DNA from: Candidatus Delongbacteria bacterium
Lineage (GTDB): Bacteria > CAIWAD01
DNA: 64,000 bases
NCBI GenBank assembly: GCA_963663545.1
Contig: OY760505.1
Location: 1,568,001-1,632,000 of the forward strand
Direction of reading: 5' to 3'
This document shows, in pieces, positions 58,596-64,000 of this stretch (positions within the stretch are counted from its first letter, which is position 1; each line of letters opens with the position of its first letter). Position numbers and translations under genes: made by a program. The notes under the pieces were generated by a model. The model made no database searches. It was not told the DNA's origin and saw only the letters and a list, made by a program, of their open reading frames with translations.

Positions 58596-60269
58596 TTAGA
58601 ATTCACCCTGGCGGCGCAGCTTGGCATACAAAGTGGCCACAGAAACTCCCAGCTGGCTTGCCGCACGGGACTTATCTCCGAAACAACGCTCCAGTGCACG
58701 CTGTATGACCTCGCGCTCTGTTTGCGCAAGGACAGTCTTCAAGGGCAAATCGAACCGCGCTTGGCTTTCCACCTTGGTCTCCTTCCCTCTCGCATGTAGA
58801 AAGCGGCGATGGAGCTCTGTAACCCTCGCCTCAAGCAGACTTTGTATACAACGTTCCAATTCGCGGAAATTACCAGGCCAGCGGTGCGACAGAAGTAAGT
58901 CTCGCGACGTCCACAAGAAGTGCTCATTGGGATCATGGCCTGCTTCCAGCAAACGATCAAGCACAACAAGTTCCAGGTCCTCGGGACGATCACGTAGCGG
59001 AGGAAGTTCAATTCGATGCCCGCTGACCCTGTAGATAAGATCCTGCCGGAAGCGCTCGCTAGCAAGGACGTCAGCCTCGCTGGTGGCTGCGATAACTCGC
59101 AGTCTCACATGACGCAGTCTCGTCTCGCCCACACGGTAGTATTCGCCGCTTTCCAGAACGCGCAACAGCTTGGCCTGAACACTTGACGGAAGCGCACCAA
59201 ACTCATCCAGCAGCAAGGTTCCGTCGTCTGCGCGCGCAATCAGTCCCTCTTTTTCTACCGCTCCTGTGAACCCGCCACGAGCGCATCCGAAGAGCTCGCT
59301 TTCAAAGAGTTGCTCGGGTAACGCTGCGCAGTTGACACTTACCAGTTCCCCCTTGCATGCACTGTGACGATGCAGATATCGAGCGGCTAACTCCTTCCCC
59401 GTGCCCGTTTCGCCTAGCAGTAGCACTGGAACCGCACTAGCTGCCGCACTACGTAGCTTCTGCAGAAGGCGTTGAAACGCTGCGCTGCGTCCAAGCATTT
59501 CGTCATGGCGGTAACAGTCCAGTAGCGCTCGACGACATGCGAGGCGCTCACGAAGGTAGGCTCTGAGGCTTCTGGAGATTTCTCGAAACAGACTTGGCAC
59601 CAGCTCAACTTGCTCACTATTTGTATCACATCGACGCATGTGCTCAACGGCATCATCCTTTCGTCCGATCTGTAGCAGAGCGACCAACTCACCCGTCTGT
59701 GCGAGCATGGTGAGATCCGGATAGGACTTCCATGCACGGCGGCAAGCCTCCAGCAAACGCAGCGCGGTTGAGAATCGTTTTCGCTCGATGTTCTCTGCCG
59801 CTTCCAAGAATGCAGGTAATTGACCACTGACGCGTCCCATCACAGCACTGTTAAGCAGCAGATCGCGCTGCTCACCAACTCGATCCGTACGACTACCATG
59901 CTGACGAAGGCCCCGGCAGCGTTCCGCCAAACGCCTGCCGATGCCTGCCACCTGCCCCTGCATTTCCGCGTGATACAACAGGCTTTGTGCAGCGTCAGCA
60001 TTGCCTCGCTTGAACGCAACGACCGCCTGCAACAATAACCAGCCGCCTTGGCGCTCGCGCTCCGGCACATTCCACAAGCCGGTGACAGCTTCAGAAATCC
60101 TGCATTTCAACAACAGGCGCGATAGCGGTAGCAGGCCCTCGGCATCTAGCGGCGTATGCGCTTCTTCAAGAGCCAGGTTGCAAACCAATGGAATCCAGTC
60201 AGCGTCCGGAACAAACCTGAACTCACCGCTCTCTGCCCGAATGTCTGCGCCCGTTGACGGTACAATCAT
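58596..60269 (-). CDS. Sigma54-type (NtrC/Fis family) AAA+ transcriptional regulator
   Basis: GETGTGKE, VNCAAL, ESELFG-GGFTGA, LLLDE, WPGNFREL, C-terminal Fis HTH; helical non-REC N-terminus. Confidence 0.88.
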   Translation of the reverse strand: MIVPSTGADIRAESGEFRFVPDADWIPLVCNLALEEAHTPLDAEGLLPLSRLLLKCRISEAVTGLWNVPERERQGGWLLLQAVVAFKRGNADAAQSLLYHAEMQGQVAGIGRRLAERCRGLRQHGSRTDRVGEQRDLLLNSAVMGRVSGQLPAFLEAAENIERKRFSTALRLLEACRRAWKSYPDLTMLAQTGELVALLQIGRKDDAVEHMRRCDTNSEQVELVPSLFREISRSLRAYLRERLACRRALLDCYRHDEMLGRSAAFQRLLQKLRSAAASAVPVLLLGETGTGKELAARYLHRHSACKGELVSVNCAALPEQLFESELFGCARGGFTGAVEKEGLIARADDGTLLLDEFGALPSSVQAKLLRVLESGEYYRVGETRLRHVRLRVIAATSEADVLASERFRQDLIYRVSGHRIELPPLRDRPEDLELVVLDRLLEAGHDPNEHFLWTSRDLLLSHRWPGNFRELERCIQSLLEARVTELHRRFLHARGKETKVESQARFDLPLKTVLAQTEREVIQRALERCFGDKSRAASQLGVSVATLYAKLRRQGEF

Positions 60270-60442
60270 GCTCACTTCGCCCTCCTGACCACAGCGAGCA
60301 AAGGCTCTCGAGACCATACCTGTTCCCGGGTTTTCCCCTCACAAACACGAGAAGCATACACGTGTCACGGCTACTTGACGAAAGCGATCTTGGAATTGCT
60401 TCCTCGCCTGTCTATCTTCGGTCCTGAACATTGGAGGACTCT

Positions 60443-61831
60443 TTGAGCACTTGCCCACCTCATCTGTCACACTTGCCCAAACGCATTCACTTCGCGGGAA
60501 TCGGGGGCGCCGGTATGAGCGGTTTGGCCCTTGCCTTGCACGAGGCCGGGTTCCTTGTCGGAGGAAGTGACAGAACAAGTACTCCGGTAACTCGGATGTT
60601 GCAACAGGCTGGCATTGATGTACGAATCGGCCAGGGTGACTTCATCGAGGCGACGGATCTTGTTGTGCGAACAGCAGCGATGCCGCTTTCGCACCCAGAG
60701 TTGGTGACCGTAGCCGCACGCGGTATCCCCATTGTTAAACGCGCCGAGTTGCTCGCCCAGTTGTGTCACACACCGTGCTCCATTGCTGTGGCAGGCACAC
60801 ACGGAAAGACGACTATCACCGCCATTCTTTCCTGGCTGTTGGAGGCGTGCATCCCGGGTGCGGGATGGTTCATTGGCGGCATTCCCCCCATCCAAAAACC
60901 AGCCTTTCTCGGAGATGGACGTATCACGGCCTGCGAAGCCGATGAATACGATCGATCCTTCCTGCACCTCTCGCCAACCCACCTCCTGCTCGGAAAAGTG
61001 GATTGGGATCACGTTGACACGTATCCAACGCGCGAATCCATGCATGCGAGTTTTAATCAGCTTGTTGACGGAATCCGCGGAAATGCGCCCTTGATTTTGC
61101 AGGATCCGCAGGAAAACGGCTGGCGGCCTCAGTCCGTGAGCCACGGAACACGACGAGCCATTCTCGTTGGCGAGGCCAATCATTGCGCAGCTCGTATCAC
61201 GGGTATTGAGCAGGACAGCTTTCAGCTCGTTCTTCCTGATAGCAGGCCAATTCGTTGCAGCCTTAAGATGGCGGGCGCTCACAACCGACGGAACGCGGCG
61301 ACGGCCATGACATGGTTGTTGTCAGGTGAGTGGGGTGGCTCTGTTGACCCACAATTGGCAATCGAAGCCCTGGCTACTTTCCCGGGAATCGACCGGCGGT
61401 GTCAAATTGTATCACGAAGCGGGTCACGTATTCTTGTTGACGACTACGCACACCACCCCAGTGAAATTCGTGCTTGTATTCAAGCGCTACGGGAACTGTG
61501 TGACGGCGAGATTATCGTGATACATCAACCCCACACCTATTCACGCGTTCGAGCCTTTGCACAAGAAACCGGAGAGGCGCTGAGCGGGGCAGATCGTGTG
61601 ATCCTTTGGCCGATTTTTCCTGCACGCGAAGACCCCATGCCTGGCGTGTCACACGAGAGCATTCTTCCTTTCGTGTCACATAACAACGCACAAGCGGTTT
61701 CCTCTTTAGAGGAGCTACTTGACGCCTTGACGCCGTTGCCTGAAAGCGCACTCGTTGCTACAGTCGGCGCGGGCGATTTGTATCTGCAGCACCAATCACT
61801 CGCATCATTCCTGGAGCTTGATCGTGCCTGA
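60443..61831 (+). CDS. murC: UDP-N-acetylmuramate--L-alanine ligase (MurC/Mpl family)
   Basis: HFAGIGGAGMSGLA, AGTHGKTT, EADEYDRSFL, DDYAHHP, QPHTYSR; TTG start after GGAGGA. Confidence 0.88.
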   Translation: MSTCPPHLSHLPKRIHFAGIGGAGMSGLALALHEAGFLVGGSDRTSTPVTRMLQQAGIDVRIGQGDFIEATDLVVRTAAMPLSHPELVTVAARGIPIVKRAELLAQLCHTPCSIAVAGTHGKTTITAILSWLLEACIPGAGWFIGGIPPIQKPAFLGDGRITACEADEYDRSFLHLSPTHLLLGKVDWDHVDTYPTRESMHASFNQLVDGIRGNAPLILQDPQENGWRPQSVSHGTRRAILVGEANHCAARITGIEQDSFQLVLPDSRPIRCSLKMAGAHNRRNAATAMTWLLSGEWGGSVDPQLAIEALATFPGIDRRCQIVSRSGSRILVDDYAHHPSEIRACIQALRELCDGEIIVIHQPHTYSRVRAFAQETGEALSGADRVILWPIFPAREDPMPGVSHESILPFVSHNNAQAVSSLEELLDALTPLPESALVATVGAGDLYLQHQSLASFLELDRA

Positions 61832-62666
61832 GAATACTCTCCCCTTGGAGTTCACAAAGCTCTCCGCGTGCGGAAACGATTTCGTCGCCATTGATAACAG
61901 AAATGAACTTCTCAACGGTTCCGAGGCCGATCTGCTTCGCTATCTGTGTGACCGGCGACTGTGTGCTGGCGCTGATGGGGTTTTGTTTGTCGAGAAGCCA
62001 CGCATCGCAGAAACACTGTTTCATATGCGCATTTTCAATCCCGACGGAAGCGAAGCCTGGATGTGCGGAAACGGTGCACGCGCGTGCGCTCAATTTGCTC
62101 ACCAGCTGGGAATAGGTGGCAACACACTCCTCTTCGGAACACGAGCCGGACTGCAACGCGTCACGCTATCGGGCTCTAGCAGCTCGCTGTGGCTCCCTGA
62201 TCCTACTCCTGCGGCACCTCCAATTCCCGATGCGCTTCAGTGTGACACATTGGTGATCTCACAACTGCAGGGTTCTCCACTTGGCTTCGTGCGAGTGGGC
62301 GTGCCGCATTTCGTTGTTCTCTGTGAAACAGATATCTGGCACTATCCTATTGAAAGCGAAGGCCCTCTCCTTCGGTATCACAACGCCTTCGCACCAGAGG
62401 GCAGCAATGTGATGTTCGTTCAACAGCTGGCAACTGACGAGTTGTTGCTGCGAGCATGGGAAAAAGGCGTCGAGGCGGAAACATGGGGGTGCGGTACAGG
62501 ATCAGTGGCCGCCTGTCTATTGCTCCACTCTCATGGTAAGCTAGACGACACAGTTTGTGTGCACATGAAGGGGGGGGATCTTATTGTATCACGGAATGAT
62601 AGTGGCTGGAGTTTCTCTGGTGAAATTCACACTTCGTATCACGCAAAGACCGAGGTGCCGATCTGA
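61824..62666 (+). CDS. dapF: Diaminopimelate epimerase
   Basis: FTK-GNDF, GADG, NPDGSEA-MCGNGAR, GVPH, EKGVE-ET-CGTG. Confidence 0.93.
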   Translation: MPENTLPLEFTKLSACGNDFVAIDNRNELLNGSEADLLRYLCDRRLCAGADGVLFVEKPRIAETLFHMRIFNPDGSEAWMCGNGARACAQFAHQLGIGGNTLLFGTRAGLQRVTLSGSSSSLWLPDPTPAAPPIPDALQCDTLVISQLQGSPLGFVRVGVPHFVVLCETDIWHYPIESEGPLLRYHNAFAPEGSNVMFVQQLATDELLLRAWEKGVEAETWGCGTGSVAACLLLHSHGKLDDTVCVHMKGGDLIVSRNDSGWSFSGEIHTSYHAKTEVPI

Positions 62667-62682
62667 GCTGTAATTGGCCCGT

Positions 62683-64000
62683 CTAGTAGGCACCGCGTTG
62701 TTTGAACAGCACCACCACTGTCCGCAGAAGTATGCGCAAGTCCATCCAGATGGTCCAGTTGCGGATGTAGTACATATCCATTTTGACGCGCTCTTCATAG
62801 GAAACATCATTTCGTCCACTGATCTGCCACAAACCAGTGAGGCCTGGCCGCACAATCATGGCGTTCTCGAGCCAGACGCCAACCTTCTTCTGCTCTTCCC
62901 GGACTTTGGGACGCGGGCCAACCAGCGACATGTCACCGCGCAAAACATTGAACAACTGCGGAAGCTCATCAAGGGAGCTGCTTCGCAAGAACCGCCCCAA
63001 TTGCGTGATACGGGGATCCTCGCGCAACTTGTGACTGGCTTCCCACTCTTTTTGCGCCGCAGGATTCTCCTGTAGAAGCTCCTCCAGTGCCTCTTGTGCT
63101 CCAACAATCATTGTACGCACCTTGTACTGGTTGAAAGTACGCCCCCCGCGCCCCCACCGTTTACCAGCGTACAGAACGGGTCCGGGCGAGTCCAGCTTCA
63201 CCAGCACAGCAATTACCGCCAGTAGCGGCAGTGCGAAAAGAAGTCCAAACGAGGATATGGCTATATCCAAGCTGCGCTTCACCACCTGGTTAAATGGGCT
63301 TCGCAAACTCTGATTGAAACTAAAAACCGGATGCGGCCCCATGTGGTAGCTCTCGACTTCGGCAATGTCCATTGTCGCAAGGTCTGGTAACAGATAGAGC
63401 TGTTGCACCTTTCCCAGCACGCGCTTCAGCAAACGCATTAAATCATCGCGATGGGTTCCACTGGAAACAATCAGCACTTGTTGTACCTGGTGTTGCGAAA
63501 GCAGCTCCAGCAGACGGTCCTCGTTACCAAGTACGGGTAAACCGGCGAGTGTTGTATCACCGCAGTCTTTCCCGAGAAGCACTACCCCTTGAAGTCCAAA
63601 GTCCCGCAAAGGCCGCTGTTTCAATTCATCGGGAAGCAAAGTCGAGAGGCTTTGTTTCTCGCCAACGAGCAAGGTAGTCGCAGAAAGGCTCCGACGTGTG
63701 AGAAACACTTGTATCACAACGCGAACAAGCGGCAGCGCAAGGAGGACGATTAACGATCCTAGGATGACATGTATTACGTCGAGCTCAATTTCTGCTCTCG
63801 TTAGAAAGAGCATCACACCCAGCAAGACCAGGCTCTTGAATAGAGCCCGTAACACAGCGAAGTACAGATCCCATACATCCCGGGCCGAAGTACGAAACAG
63901 ACTTTCCTGCCACGCCATTACTCCCCAGACAACAGGAAAAAGCAACAGCAGTCCCGGGTTGCCACTAGTAGCGCCCAGCAAGTGCTGCACCCCTATCACC
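62683..64000 (-). CDS. Undecaprenyl-phosphate sugar phosphotransferase (WbaP/WcaJ family), 5' end beyond window
   Basis: KRSLDI, DSPGPV, YKVRTM, DPRIT-GRFLR-SLDELPQ, GDMSLVGPRP, PGLTGLWQISGR. Confidence 0.92.
   Translation of the reverse strand, partial: VIGVQHLLGATSGNPGLLLLFPVVWGVMAWQESLFRTSARDVWDLYFAVLRALFKSLVLLGVMLFLTRAEIELDVIHVILGSLIVLLALPLVRVVIQVFLTRRSLSATTLLVGEKQSLSTLLPDELKQRPLRDFGLQGVVLLGKDCGDTTLAGLPVLGNEDRLLELLSQHQVQQVLIVSSGTHRDDLMRLLKRVLGKVQQLYLLPDLATMDIAEVESYHMGPHPVFSFNQSLRSPFNQVVKRSLDIAISSFGLLFALPLLAVIAVLVKLDSPGPVLYAGKRWGRGGRTFNQYKVRTMIVGAQEALEELLQENPAAQKEWEASHKLREDPRITQLGRFLRSSSLDELPQLFNVLRGDMSLVGPRPKVREEQKKVGVWLENAMIVRPGLTGLWQISGRNDVSYEERVKMDMYYIRNWTIWMDLRILLRTVVVLFKQRGAY

Larger units (their letters stand above)
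175..63717. repeat. Highly iterated dispersed heptamer GTATCAC/GTGATAC (extended YGTATCAC; variant GTGTCAC/GTGACAC)
   Basis: Hand count about 52 GTATCAC + 32 GTGATAC, plus about 38 GTGTCAC/GTGACAC; examples at 175, 781, 8346, 12121, 25503, 33414, 41821, 60921, 63711. Confidence 0.92.

Noticed and set aside
175..63717. GTATCAC as a Chi/KOPS-type polar signal, DnaA box or transcription-factor operator
   Set aside because: Occurs in both orientations interspersed (about 52:32), differs from TTATNCACA, and is overwhelmingly intragenic. Mild strand skew noted but not strong enough to call.
1..64000. tRNA, rRNA, transposase, integrase or prophage genes
   Set aside because: None recognised; intergenic gaps are short and the ORFs are accounted for. 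A covariance-model scan was not possible.

Overview
GC-rich (roughly 58% by eye) bacterial chromosomal segment, probably from an anaerobic or facultative FCB-group lineage; this is inferred from T9SS-type C-terminal domains, a PorV-like barrel, LapAB and an [FeFe]-hydrogenase. Gene content from left to right: 5' part of hydG; a small secreted Pro-rich protein; an AAA ATPase; a trimeric [FeFe]-hydrogenase operon (hydC-hydB-hydA); an orphan N6-adenine DNA methyltransferase; a receiver protein; a DEAD-box helicase; a UvrD helicase with an embedded DnaQ exonuclease; an ExeM nuclease; FlgT-like proteins; a long minus-strand run (mltG, pcrA, TPR protein, nadC, two T9SS-type proteins, miaB, lapA, lapB, SPOR, mutS); a five-gene TonB-receptor/PorV cluster; PilZ, Wzz and a sigma54-type activator; murC, dapF and a WbaP-like transferase. 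The strongest unexplained signal is not a gene. The heptamer GTATCAC/GTGATAC (usually TGTATCAC) occurs about 84 times by hand count, against about 6 expected from base composition. It lies mostly inside coding sequence, on both strands and in all frames, and is nearly absent from the hydrogenase operon and the TonB/PorV cluster. No CRISPR array, tRNA, rRNA or transposase was recognised.
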